Shown here: in pieces, positions 38,457 to 53,285 of the stretch
Layout of the letters: each line of letters starts with the position of its first letter
Position numbering within the stretch: position 1 is the first letter of the stretch
Source: Marsupella aquatica
Taxonomy: Eukaryota; Plantae; Marchantiophyta
Assembly (NCBI GenBank): GCA_973895155.1
Contig: OZ316897.1
Span: forward strand, 10,191,832 to 10,255,831
Length of the DNA stretch: 64,000 bases
Reading direction: 5' to 3'
The notes under the pieces: generated by a model
What the model saw: the letters and a program-made list of their open reading frames with translations, nothing else
Databases searched by the model: none
Told to the model about the DNA's origin: nothing
Made by a program: the position numbers and the translations under genes

Positions 38457-41400
38457 AACATATTTTGCCTCCCTCACTACAAATGACGACGCTCTTGAGT
38501 CAGGATTCCTTCAGTCCCCTGCATTCACATTTTGTCTTTGTTCTGCTGGGCAACGCAATTCACCGGAGAATATAGCCTAGAAAACCTGAATTTCTCATTT
38601 CAAACAGAAGCTGCAAACATGTCTCTCATGTCAAACAGAAGCTGCAAACAACGAGATCTTGAATGGAGCTCTCCTAAGATTAGAGTAAGTCAGTGGAGCT
38701 CAGAAAATCAAGAGAGCAGTGAGCATTCTTTCAAGCTCACATGTGGTTGGCACTCCAACATGTGCTGCGAGCTAGTCACTGCACTTCTGACTGAATTGCC
38801 GACATCATCACATTTGCCATTCACACTCTTCATCAGTCAACAAACTATCCTCCGAACCCATCCTGTTGCAACGAGAGTCTCTCCTGCTTGCGGAGATTGA
38901 TTTGAAGGTCAATTTCTGTCAAAAGAACGATGAGCAAAAGATTCTATAACTTGGAGCTTCTGTGCACACTGTTTCGACAAGTGCCCTTCAATAGTGATTA
39001 CATGGTTACCGTATGTGGTTGGAAATTATAACTATGGTTGAAAATTTGCCCTATGGTTCGAACACATATGTAAAGAGGTCATGCATTTAAGGCTAGTGCA
39101 CCTCACAAAGTTTCGTGTAAGTTTTGGTTCGAAGTTGCACGAAACTACGCATCAAAGGCAAGCTTAGTATACAGATAGGTTTAATATGTCAAAGAGATTA
39201 ATAAAAAAGTGATGCAATTTTTATTAAGTCATTCAATAAAGAACTTAATCATATACAACATTTTTGTCAACCTTGCTTGAGAGAGGGCATGAGACTCCTC
39301 ACAATCTGGAAATAAAACCTTAATAGTTTTAGGAGATGTTGCCCTTGAGAGCCCTTGAGAGCCCTTGAGAATGCTACATACAACTGGCCATGACTCATGC
39401 AGGCTTTAAGGTGTGACCATTTTCACACCTTAAGGTAGAGCCTGAGGGCCCTTTTGTCATCTTCTAACTTAGCAACTATAGGAGGGAAAAATGAGTAGCA
39501 ATGTGTAATTGCTGCCTCGATACTTGATCAAAGCCCTAAAAGTAACTCACCCTTTACGACAAGCCTGGTACCTTATGAGTTGCTCATTATTCGGCCACTT
39601 GTGGGAAACATTAATTCCAAATTTCTCACTTATTTCCTTTCTATCCATCACGCAAAAGTAAATATAGGGTTTGTTTATAGGGTTGAGAAGGATACTTTTA
39701 AATTTTTGTGGAAGAACATTAGGGGTTTTCTTAAAATCCAATTTTGAGAATTAAAAGAGAAGATAGAGTTTTAGAAATGATTTTTGGGAATATTTTTTAG
39801 AATAATCCAAAAATATAGGGGTAGAAAATGGTTAATTTTTTCTTCTTCTTATTTTTAGGGTATTTAATAGCTAAAAATGCCGAGCATGTTATGAGACCCC
39901 TTTTAGAGTGAGGCCCCCGAGACATTAATGTCTTCAAGAAATGGGCCCAAGCAAATCATGCACAAAATCTCAGTACGTGCAGCATTATTGTAGGTCTCAC
40001 AAAAGTAAGCTACAACACTACTTGAAATGCAATCCACTAACTTGTAAGAGGGGAATAAAGGCACTTATTTTCAATATTTGAATAGTCCACTTGGATGGGT
40101 TACTCTGGGTCAAACAAAACACATGATGATAGAACTATGTTTGACACTTGCCACTGTAAAAAAGGAGCAAACAGCTCAAGCATGACATTGGTCAACTCCA
40201 AATTGTTCTAAAGTCATGGGAGATGAATGGAAGTCCACTGGCAGTCTACCCCAAATTAAGATACAAAAAGTTCTTGGATGGGATAACAAAAAGAATGGGA
40301 TTTATGACCAAGGTCAGCAGAGATGTACAATTCATCCCACCAATGCCACACCATGTTTGAACAACAATGGAGTTTTGGATGATCTTAAGATGAAGTTTTC
40401 AGTCAACTCTAGCTTTCACTTGTACTTCTTAAGACTTTTGTTTCCTGGAAGCATTCGGCCTAGCATGATAAAGACCTTTTGAGAATTCCATGGCCAGGCA
40501 AGATGGGTGTGCTCTGGCTAAGTGTAGGCATCCAAAACTTTCCCTTATCCACGGTCTGCACTCTGTCATAAGTCCATGGTGTTGTGCTAGAGTATATCAA
40601 CGTACTAGTTGTGTTGTAGCTACAAACTTGTTTGGTGAAGACATGTGTTATCCTATCTATATATACTTGCATACAAAAATAGAAAAAAATCCTATTTACA
40701 CAATAAAATTAGACAAAACAAATCCCGGATCAGAGAATTTGTAATGCGTTTTACTGAAATGGACTGAAAATTGTATGACAACTATGTAAGTACTACTTAA
40801 TGATGAAAAATCAACCACCGTTTATGCAATCGACAGATTCGCGATGTAGAGATCATCTCCATGTAATCAACACTAAATAAGAATTTTAGAATTATAACCA
40901 AATTCACTTCAAAACTGAAGTGAATGAAGCTGACCCACAAGGTCTAGCCTTGGATCCCAAGGGATGGGGATACCTATTTGGTTAAATCCACGAGGGGTCC
41001 TTCTAGCCAATGGATGAATCCCATTAAAGGCAAAATAATGAGGTACAAGATTAGTATGACCACAAATTGAACTAATCTACCATTTATCTTGTCTAAATGG
41101 TACCTTTAACTTATCTAGTGCCCTTGTCTCCTAGATGGCGGCGAGATGAGTTGAGTCCCAAACCGCAAACCTAGCACTGAACGTTCACTAGCTGCTACAT
41201 CTACTCGCACTGCCGTAAAATGATCATGATCATTGTTAACTAAGATAGTCGTGCAAACCCAAGTATGTGATTAAGCACAGACAAGAGTTTACATGTCAAT
41301 GAGTATGATCCATATAGCATGACACACTTTCTAATAAGTGCATGTAAAATTGCGTATGCACTACCGAGAGAGACATGGTTGTGTGATAGCTCACTTGAGT

Positions 41401-42363
41401 TGAGACTCATAAGTCTAGAGTTCAAATGTTATAATTGACTATTCACTTTTTATGGGGTTTCACATATTTCCCCTTAAACATATTCTAGAAAATAAAAATA
41501 AATAAAGTTTTGTATGGACTTCCACAAGTAGCTTGTTGGGTCGAACACATTGGATTACTCATACCCAGAATATTCATAGTGCACTATTCAACTGGAAAGT
41601 GCATGAAAGTACCATGTGTAATTGTACCTTGCATTTATCAATAAATACTTCTAACATAAGTGTTGCAGCAATTGAGCAAATGGATGTGCATTGTTACCTG
41701 CACTTATCGAGGATGAATATTTTTGTGCATGAAAAATGCTATAGTATCAGGGGACTACATTACCGATCTGTGAATCTGTCGTTACCCACGTTACCCACTG
41801 AAGGCAATGTAGACTGTAAAATTAATTACGAGAGTTGAGGACAAACAGAAAGGAGAACCGTTTTGTTTTCCTTGAGATTTTGCCCGCGGTTTTGAATCGA
41901 AAAGCGCCGGCCGCTGCGAGAGGGACGCGACCCGCCTCTGCCCTCGCCCCATCGAGGGGCCCCACTTGCCAGTACATCGCACGGCCGTCCACCAACTGCA
42001 GTGTATCGTTTAAAAGATCGACGGCCCCAGATGTCCATGTTTTAGATGATCTACATCCTCACCGTCAATGCCAGCCCTGGAAACCGGTAACCTGAGTCCA
42101 GTTACGGTACCGTCCGCCGAGCGTGGAGGTCCTGGAGGAGGTAGCACCAAGAGGATGGGGTATAAACGTGAGCTTTGCCCGACCTCGCTCCACATTGTTG
42201 AGACTTCTTGGTGGCGTCTTTGCAAACGCCCTCCTCGAAGATCTATCTCTCCATTTCGTCTCACGATCTCTGTCCTTCTACTCTCAGTTTTTTGTGATCG
42301 TTCCGGTTGTTGATTGGACCAGTCTCGACCAGTTTTGAGCAGGTTCCCGCCGGATAAGCGAAA

Positions 42364-44164
<1,801 letters not shown>

Positions 44165-44924
44165 TCTAGTCTACTTACCGTAGATCAGTTCCAACATGGT
44201 CTGAGGAATAATGAATTGGTCTATCCAGAGTAGATGAGTTTCAATTTCTTAAGTTGCGGGATTGATCCCCGATGTAATTGTGACCCCGGATATAATTGAA
44301 GATCATTAGCTGGTCCATCTCGACAAGCTTTTCTATGAATCTGGGATGCCATGGCGTGAACCTTCTTTTGTCACCTGTTGGGATTGTTCTCTTTTTGTCC
44401 GCAGTTGGTGATAAGTCATTGCCTCCCCTGTGCGGGGATGTATCCAACAGTGTTGGTTGTAGAGGAACCTTTTCTGTTGGTTATAATTATGTGCATTGTT
44501 CGTTGATACTTGCAGCAGTACTAACGGTTATCACAACCTCCCTGAATATCTCACACAGTACATATGCGCCGTGAGTGGGTTCAACTGTGCTTCTGTTTGT
44601 CATCAATGACGGGTAAATTCAAGTAGAAACATGTTGTAACCTCCTCAATTGACCCAGGTTGTTGGAACCTGTAAACCTGAAACTTTGTCAGCTTGGAGGG
44701 TCGGTAAGTAAAACTTCGCCACTCAAACTCCAGTTCACACTCTTAAATCTGCGCCTTCTGGTTACCAGCACCCGTGGTCTTATCGGCAGTCCCACACCAT
44801 GTCCTAGTGCGGACGTTCATCGTATGACCTCAATCCTATACATATTCGTCTGTCCTGTCCACAGCCGCAGAATCTGCCGGCGCAGTTCATCTTCGAGAGC
44901 AGATCTAAACGTAAGATTATGCAG

Positions 44925-45138
44925 CGTCCCCGAACCGATCAATTTGTCTCACCATTCCCATGTTCAATCTCATATCTGCACCCTCTGGCTGGTTATTGTT
45001 GAGGCTCGTTTATGCTCAAAGACGCACCCGCCGTCCCCGAACCGATCAATTTGTCTCACCATTCCCATGTTCAATCTCATATCTGCACCCTCTGGCTGGT
45101 TATTGTTGAGGCTCGTTTTTGCTCAAAGACGCACCCGC
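44925..45138 (+). repeat. 107-bp near-perfect tandem duplication
   Basis: Unit CGTCCCCGAACCGATC...GACGCACCCGC starts at 44925 and at 45032. Confidence 0.92.
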
Positions 45139-45233
45139 TGGTCATTTCGTCCGCCAGTACATTGGGGAGCTAGACATCTAAAGCTTGAGTGAACATTACC
45201 GTTCGGATATCCTTTCGAATTAAGGACGAACGA

Positions 45234-45380
45234 CACTCTAAACGTCTGAATTTGCACAGATGCACTCTAAACGTCTGAATTTGCACAGATGCACTCTAAA
45301 CGTCTGAATTTGCACAGATGCACTCTAAACGTCTGAATTTGCACAGATAGCACTCTAAACGTCTGAATTTGCACAGATAG
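45234..45380 (+). repeat. 29-bp minisatellite x5
   Basis: CACTCTAAACGTCTGAATTTGCACAGAT(A)G head to tail, with no spacers. Confidence 0.95.
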
Positions 45381-45610
45381 CTCATTCTGGCATGTTTTTA
45401 ACGCGGTGAGTCGCCTTGACTGCGAGGTGGTCCATAACCCCAGTAACCACGGTTCATGTCAGTCTTCAAAAGGTTTTGAGCCGGACAGGATGAATATAAA
45501 AGCCAGGATGCTAAAAGTGCACCCCACCACGTGAGGTTAATGCCCAGAGCCCCAGCAGGAGCGGACCACGTGAAGTGGACAGTTTGTCAGAGGGCTAAAG
45601 GATTTTATTG

Positions 45611-46709
45611 CAGTGCGCTCTCGCTAAGTGCACGCTCCAGAAGTGCAAACCATGGGTAATTGCAAGGCGTCCCTTTTAGGAAAGTGCAAAGAGAGCTATG
45701 AATGCAAACCGTCTGTAAGGGTCCATGCACACTTATAGTAACGTGCACATTCCCCTAGATTTACTTTTTCAGCTTTTTACTATCCTGTCCCCCAAACTAG
45801 CCTAATTTCATAACCTGTCCCCCAAACAAATTAAATTACCAAGTTGCCCCCCATTCCCTTGATGGGTTAAGGCATACCCAGTACATGGTCCCCAGTGTCA
45901 CATGGCACGTCGCCACTGGTCCGGGTGAACCACTGGTTCAGCCCTGCCCCTCTCCCCCTTCCCCGTCGAGGCGCTCCCGTCGCCGGTCCGAATAGAGCCA
46001 TCGTGCTCCCGTTGCCGGCCCAAACAAAGTCCTCCCGCAAATGACCCATTTTTGGCCCCTCGCCTGTACTCATGGAATGCTGCCCATGCTCCCGAGCCCT
46101 CGTTTCCTTCTGCAAAGACGATGCGAATGTTTACACATTTGCTCTTGTTAGGTTTGACCGAAAACTGTTGTTTGCGGGAGGGCCTACATGGCCGCGAATG
46201 ACCCTGTTTGGGCCGGGTGACGGGGGCGCCTCGACGGGGAAGGGGGAGAGGGGCGGGGCCAAACCAGTGGTTAGCCCGGACCAGTGGCGACGTGCCATGT
46301 GGCACCGGGGACCATGTACTGGGTATGCCTTAACCCATCTACGGAATGGGGGGCACCTTAGCAATTTAATTTGTTTGGGGGGCAGGTTATGAAATTAGGC
46401 TAGTTTGGGGGACAGGATAGTAAAAAGCTGTTTACTTTTATTGATAAGTGCTTGTCATTTTTACATAGATTAAATTTGCATCTTTGAAGTGAGGGTTCAC
46501 ATTTTAGGGCAGGGATATGTCAGTACAGTAGCTGATGAGGAAGTCACTATAATCTGACTAATAGAGGGGGTCATTGCAGTCTAAAACCATAAACTTTTAT
46601 CAGTAAATGTAAATCCCACGTTTGGGCACTTATTCCTAAGTGCAATCCCTAGTTAAGTATGCACCACTTGTTTTCTTCTTCGAAGTTTGCACTTACCCAG
46701 AGCGCACTG
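45611..46709. mobile_element. Outer non-autonomous TIR element with CAGT termini (Tc1/mariner-like)
   Basis: Left end CAGTGCGCTCTCGCTAAGTGCA; reverse complement of right end CAGTGCGCTCTGGGTAAGTGCA (20 of 22). Right flank TA, left flank TG. Confidence 0.65.
45770..46430. mobile_element. Mutator-like MITE with ~230-bp TIRs, nested in the CAGT element
   Basis: CAGCTTTTTACTATCCTGTCCCCCAAAC... is inverted at 46430. Flanks TTTACTTTTT and TTTACTTTTA look like a 9-10 bp target-site duplication. Confidence 0.88.
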
Positions 46710-48879
46710 TACTGTAAATTGAAATTGATTAAGTGCCACTGATTTTAGAAATTTTTACTGTGCTGTTATTTCTAATATTGTTTATTGAATGTCAATATTT
46801 TGACCCAAGACTGACTTGAGAGTTAATTTTCTTTGGATAAAAAACTGGATTAATTTTACTTTGCACCTCCTACAGACCAGGATTTTACTTAACCTCTGAT
46901 GTGTTCACTCCTTGTAAGTACCCTTCTACCTGTAATCATTTTCTGCTCTTTATACATACCCTCACCTCCATGTATGTACTACCTGCTGGCCATATGTTCT
47001 TCCTCACACTCCAAAGACTAACTCCATGTCACTCCCCATTAGTACCTCTCTTTCCATATGAAATGCCCCTCTCTGCTATGTCCATGGTGAAAGACATAGG
47101 GAGAGATGGGAGAAGTATCAATGGAGTAATGGGGAGAGTTTGTTTGTTGAGGGGTATGTACATAGGGGGAAGGAATGGAGTATGTATAGCACAATGGAGG
47201 TCTAGTGGGGATTACTGAAGTGCCCACTTGAATGTAACGGTTTACTGGAATGCCCACTGGAATGTAACGGGGAGACCAGTTTTGACAGGAAGTTGACTGG
47301 TGTTGCCGGGAAACTTTTTGGAGGAACAAGGGAACCCGGCCCTCGTAGATGCTTTCGATTCGGCTTTTGAAACCACTGTTACCATTTGTACATAAACTAG
47401 GGCTAAGGTCGGAGTTACCGGCTATAGTCAGTTCAGCCAATGCAAAGTGTTGTGTAGTCATCAAACAGTGAGATCATTGTCTGAGAAGATAGAGACAACA
47501 GAAACAGGAGAGGATCCATTCATCTTTGAATTCCATTGCTTGTAGTTTTGTTGCCATGCTCTTTAATTGTTGTCTCGGCTCCTGCGTTGTGTTGTTTGAG
47601 GAGACCAATTGCAAGGTTCTGTCTATTTCTTGCAAATCCCTCTCTTTCCTTGTGTTGGTATGTTAGGAGGCCAGTTGCATTGGAAGGGGCTGCCTATTTC
47701 TTGCAAATTTTGGAGTTTGAGATGGTGACATGTTGGATGATGGCCTCGGGAAGATTTGCACGTTGTGATATCTTTTTCACACAACAATTCCAATTAAAAT
47801 GGCATGGAGCAACTCACATCTCTGTAGTTTCTCAGTTATCTTTGATTCAGCTGGTTTGGGGGCATGCCCAGGTAGTTGGAAGATTGCACAGGGAGGTGGA
47901 GATGAGCCAGTGTCCAATGGTGGAGAAGATCGAAGTGAGAATATCACACAACTCATACTTTTAGTTGAACAACAGCTTGCAGAAGCCGATGGAGTCTTTT
48001 GCAGAGTATTCTGGATCTGATGGTTACCTTCAAAACATATAGTGGGGTGTTACTCCTTGCACGTAGATTTGGGAGCGGAGGGCGATTTGGGAACCTCTAT
48101 CCCCTCAATAGATCAAGAAACACAAGGATCATGGAGAGGCAAGAGTATCCAAGTTTTCAGCTAATGTCAATTGTAACCAGATGCTCAAGTGAACACTATC
48201 CATGACATTGACATTAAGTTGTTCCCAATAAAGCTTATTTTTCCTATTCCACCTTGTCCATTGTCAATTTGGTAATTCAATACAAAAACTAGGAGCAAAT
48301 CTTATATACAACGGATTTTTTTTACAAGTTAGCTAAATTCTTGACCTCATGATGCCTTCACAAAGCTCCTTCACCTTCTTGGTTTCCATACATGACACCA
48401 TAGGGTTCCCATTGAGACTTTAAAAGAATTTCTGATTCACACCAAATTTCAACAGTGAATAATCTGGATTTGGTGTGTTAACTAGGACACCTATCAATGA
48501 CAGATACATCACAACAAGCGAAAGAGAAGGTGCAAGAATAGGCTCAAGTCAGATGCACATGCGTTGACAGCAAGGAATGTTTAGACGACAGACCTTGCCA
48601 AGCAGAAAACCCACCCTCGCCTAAACTGTCTAATATTTCCCAATCTCAAGATTGTAAACTTTAGGAAAAATCTGCATTAGCTCAGTTGTCAAGCTACCTG
48701 CACCTGAGGCATGGGGCACTAAGTATGTGTAAGAGATCTTGCCAACCCAAGGAGAAAGACAAACTGCTAAATAAAGTGCAGAGACCTTTGAGCACACTCC
48801 AATCCCCAGTTGTAGATCCTAGTCTGATACTGTGAAAGAAATTGACAGAATATTTTACCTATAGTACATGAGTCTAGTG

Positions 48880-49830
48880 GGCGTTGGTTAGGGGGCCTGG
48901 CTATCGACTAGCCCACTGTGGGATCCCTTTCGTATGAGTTCTTTTATCTTCACCACATCCACGTGCCGTTGGCTGGGTCTCCCTCACCCTTGTCTCTTGG
49001 GTTAGCCTACATGCGTCTGTGGTGCGCCCCTAGATGGGCAGGGCATTCATATTCTCACATGTGGTCATGGTAGTGAGAGGACTGTGACACACAATGACAT
49101 CCGGGATCTGGAGGCAGCCATTGCTCATGACTCTAAGTACCTCTATGGGATGGGGTTTCTGATCATCATTGGGCAGATTTGATCTTCTCTTGTGCTGGAG
49201 TTCGTGCTATTGGGGATGTTGTTGTTTCTTATCCTACCAGTGGGGCCAATGTGGTTTCTGCTAGCTTTGTTCCACGCCACGCGGCTGCAAGGGCAGCTCG
49301 ACTTAAGGAGGAGGCCTATGCTATGCGATACCCTAAGGACCTCTTTTCTCTGTTTCCTATGGAGATCTTTGGGCCACTACACCCATCCTTTGACCATTTC
49401 CTATGTTCTTGCGCAGTTTAGTATGTTGAGCGAAGGCCTTATCCCCCGGTGTCTGTCATCACAACATTTTTTAGACCGAGGGTTCTGTTGTGCTTTAGCA
49501 AGCACATGTGTTCACTATTCTTTGTAGGGGTGAGGTTGTTGGTCTTAGGGCCTATAGTAGGATTCATTTGCTTGACTCTCCTATCAGGTTCACACCATAG
49601 CTCTACCAGGCTCTTCAGTTTGTCCAGTTCACACCAGAGCTCTACCAGGCTCTTCAGTTTGTCCATAGTAGATAGTGGTTTTTGGGTTTGCGGCATTTCT
49701 GTGTTTCTTGATCCTTTGGTTGTGCCCCTTTGATCGGGTCGTGTGCATAAGGGATCATGTGTCAGGTTAGGCACCCTTTGTTTTGCGCTTTGTTTTTGAC
49801 AGATTGATATATACTTTTCTCGTTACCATG
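48880..49830 (+). mobile_element. Degenerate RLE-type (CRE/R2-like) non-LTR retrotransposon 3' remnant
   Basis: Translates as CVCGAPLDGQGIHILTCGHGSERTVTHNDIRD (CCHC plus HN motif), then ADLIFS...IGDVVVSYPT...KEEAY...FPMEIFG (restriction-like endonuclease layout). Frameshifted. Confidence 0.68.
49588..49665 (+). repeat. 39-bp tandem duplication
   Basis: GTTCACACCA(T/G)AGCTCTACCAGGCTCTTCAGTTTGTCCA twice. Confidence 0.9.
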
Positions 49831-51715
49831 GCCTTTCATTTCGGATCGAGACCCACTCGACGTCATGAGAGCTATGTTTTGGTCGGCAGCATTAGCGTAA
49901 TGGCCAAAGCTCTCCTCACAAAATGGGGTAGAGTAGCACAGAGTGGGTCAGGAGAAAAGTCGGTCCAGGAGATAGGACTGGATCCAGTGAATGTGGTCGT
50001 GTTTTGCCTCCTGCCCAAGCTAGAGTGAGTACCTGACACCGATTCAACGAAAAGCTGATTGAGACGGAATTTGAGAACGCATTGAGCGAGTGCATGCCGT
50101 GCGATTCGGATTCAGATGCTGAGTTGATCGTTTCGCTCAAGAACCCAACCTATATAATGAGGAAATGGCTGGATTAATAATATCATAAGAGCGATTCAAA
50201 CTCCGCGTAGGAAACTTTTCTCGAAGCAACTCTCTCTGATTTGGAAGGAAATCGTGATCGAGGTTGCGCTCAGGTTTTGTCAAGAGCAGCGCGTGGTCAC
50301 TTGTTCCTGGTCCATTACAGATTGTGGGAATTTCGATGCGAGAGATTTGATGTCTGTTCGGGAGTAATCAGGTAAGCGCAATGTTTCTTCGAGTGTCATG
50401 TCCCCAACCTTCTTTTGAGGCAGTTCAGTTTGTCATGTCGTTCTCAAATCTAGACCAGACTTGATTCTGCAGTTTGTGGGGCAGTTTGCACAAGCTAGAA
50501 TCCCAATAGTGGACGTAGATTGAGCTGGCGAGCTGGTTAGTTACGACTGTAGCTTTTGGAATCTACAATATCTCTCTTTGTCCAACATACTATCCTGAGT
50601 GAATCTACAAGTGGGCGGAGATCAGTTTACGCTCCAGTAAGGTGACATCGATTTAGTTAGTTTGCTTTTTATGTGGATCACTGTATGACCAGGGAAGTTT
50701 GTCGTTTATTTTTAAGACTGGGTAGCAAATTAAGTTTTGTGCGTAATGTCAAATGAACGTGCTCTAAACTGGGCTATCGATCTGTAGTTTGCATACACTT
50801 GCAATTGAAACTCTAGTGTCTGACTTTGTGCATTAAGAAGTTTGTGTATTCTTCGACAATATGTAACTAATTTATGTAACTAATGATACATGTGCAAGAT
50901 TCCTCTATCCATATAATCTTGAGCACGTCTCGCTTCCTTTATTACACAGCTTTCACCTTTTGCAGACAGAATGCAGTCAGTCGTTCTCTAAACTGCCCCA
51001 CCTGACTGCAGTCTGGAAGAAGTTCTCGACACGGAGGCATACACTGATCTTCTATTGCGGTCCAATTTTGCAGAACTGTTACACTGGACCGAATAGCTGT
51101 GAGCATCGCAAGAACTCATCAGTGACATAATCAAGTTTTCATCATCGGCATACTTGCAGGCTCTGTGGGGGTTCCTGGAAGTTGCAATGCACCTCTAGAC
51201 AGAACAGAATCTTGATCTTGTCATTTGCGAGACACTGCTGTGCATCAATTCTCATCCTGAGAAGTTCGACATTCCACTACCATTTTAAAAGTCTTCTCCA
51301 ATGGCAATCCTTATATAATAGTTTCTCGAGATATTAGATCAATCAAGGTAACTTTAGAATGCCGGCATAGTCAGGATCCAGATACAATAGACTTGCTGTG
51401 ATCAAGCGCGCTGCAGTCTCTGGCGTAGTTGGCATACTCAACTTAGCTGTCAGTTGTGGACTGGGAATTTTCGCGGGGAACCCTTGTAGTAGACTGACAT
51501 ATATATAGTTGAGATCGAGCTGCAAGTGCCAACCTAGTGATCGAAGTGGTAGTCTAGCCATGGCTGAGCTCGAGCTACATCTAAGTTGCAGTTGAGGTCG
51601 AGCGCATTAGTATGGCTAAAGTTGAGCTCGAGCTGCAGCTTGAGATCTAACATATTGGTTGGGCTTAGTTAAGATTGAACGTAAGATCCCCGACAGCTGA
51701 AACAAGTTCATAAAC

Positions 51716-53285
51716 ATGTCCAAATTGACGGTCAGGAAGCTCACACCCGCCATCGGTGCGGTAGTGGAGGGTATTTCGCTAGCAGAGCCGTTGCAGGATG
51801 AGGAGATCGCGGCCATAAAGAATGCCCTCCTCGACAATCAGGTGATTTTCTTCCACAACCAGTCCATCAATCCGATTCAGCAGCAGGCCTTTGCCAAGCG
51901 GTTCGGCGAGCTTCATGTGCATCCTATCTACCCTGGCGTCTCCGATTTGCGGGACATTATGATCCTGGACACGGATGGAGACCATCCCCCGGACAACGAT
52001 AAGTGGCACACGGATGTCACCTTCATCGAGACCCCACCGTTGGGGACTATCCTCTCCGCCAAGCAGTTACCTCCCACGGGAGGGGACACGCTCTGGGCTA
52101 GCTGTAGCGCCGCCTACGAAGCGCTCTCGCCTCCAATTCAGGTGCGTCATGACAGTTTTCAAGTGGTGCTGAATTTAGAGCTTGATTCCTGGTCTCGTCC
52201 CCTTGTGCACTTAAAAATTTTTCGAAGACTCCTCTTGTTGTACAAGGGAAGGTTGTCATCGAGGTTATAAGTCTCCATAAAATGCAAAAAAGCTACCCCG
52301 ACCGAGACCAGCAGATGGGTGTTTTGAACATTATGAAAACTTTGACGAGTACCTTAATCGGTCGTTTGAACTTTCTGTGACATTCTGGTTGTCCTTCTAA
52401 GTTTTTCATGGATTTCCAACCTCTGTCGCTTCAGCAACTGGTCAGCATTGGTAAGGGGTTGCTTTCCTGGTTTGCATGCCTGGGGTCCTCTCGTTAGGTG
52501 GTTACTCCGCAGTATTTGTTAATGATTTCCATCCTTCGTGTTTCTGAAGTCATGTGCATTTTGTGCGAACTATCTCTAGAGTTGGTATCGATTACCAAAT
52601 ACCGGGAGCATCTACAGTAGGTTCCGAGAGCATCTAAGTTGTCCAGCACAACTCATCACTGAGACTTGTTTTCAACCCGGCACGTCATTTATAGAGTGCT
52701 GTGCATTTTCTCTGTTTGGCCTCGCGGAGTTTAGTGTCTTGAGTCCTCTGAGGACGTGTGATGCTCTGAACTCTTCCAAACTTCTCAGGTTTTTCATCTT
52801 TCTTACAGTTTGCATGAGATTTTAGCCGGTCCTTCGATTCATCCCGTGTTTGTCCAATTTCTGTAATCCAGACTCTCCTCCTTGGCCTGAAGGCGGAGCA
52901 TGATTTCCTGAAGTCCTTCCCGGCGCCGCGAGAATGGCGAGACTCATACGATCCGTTGGCACGCTGGGAGGAGGCGAGGAAGAATCATCCACCAGTGACC
53001 CATCCCGTCGTGAGAACGCATCCGGAGAGCGGTCGCAAGGGACTGTTTGTGAGTGCGGGCTTCACGACGCGAATCCTCGGGCTGCAGCAGGCGGAGAGCG
53101 ATGCATTGCTGAATTTCCTGTTCGCGCACCAGATCAAGCCCGAGTTCACTGTCCGCTGGACCTGGACTGTGAACGACCTCGCGTTCTGGGACAACCGCAT
53201 CACTCAGCACTACGCCGTGAACGATTACGTTCCCCATCGCCGGGTCATGCACCGTGCCACAGTCCTCGGAGACAACCCATTTTGA
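51716..53285 (+). CDS. tauD: Alpha-ketoglutarate-dependent taurine/sulfonate dioxygenase (TauD/TfdA family), 279 aa; exons 51716-52141 and 52872-53285
   Basis: [29 protein letters not shown] (HxD), [14 protein letters not shown] and [24 protein letters not shown] motifs. The phase-0 GT-AG intron 52142-52871 joins the two ORFs in frame. Confidence 0.93.

Noticed and set aside
45234-45380. 29-bp repeats resembling a CRISPR array
   Set aside because: Units are head to tail with no unique spacers, there are no cas genes, and the context is eukaryotic. It is a minisatellite.
47450-48460. Possible decayed coding sequence on the minus strand
   Set aside because: Many stops and no identifiable motif.
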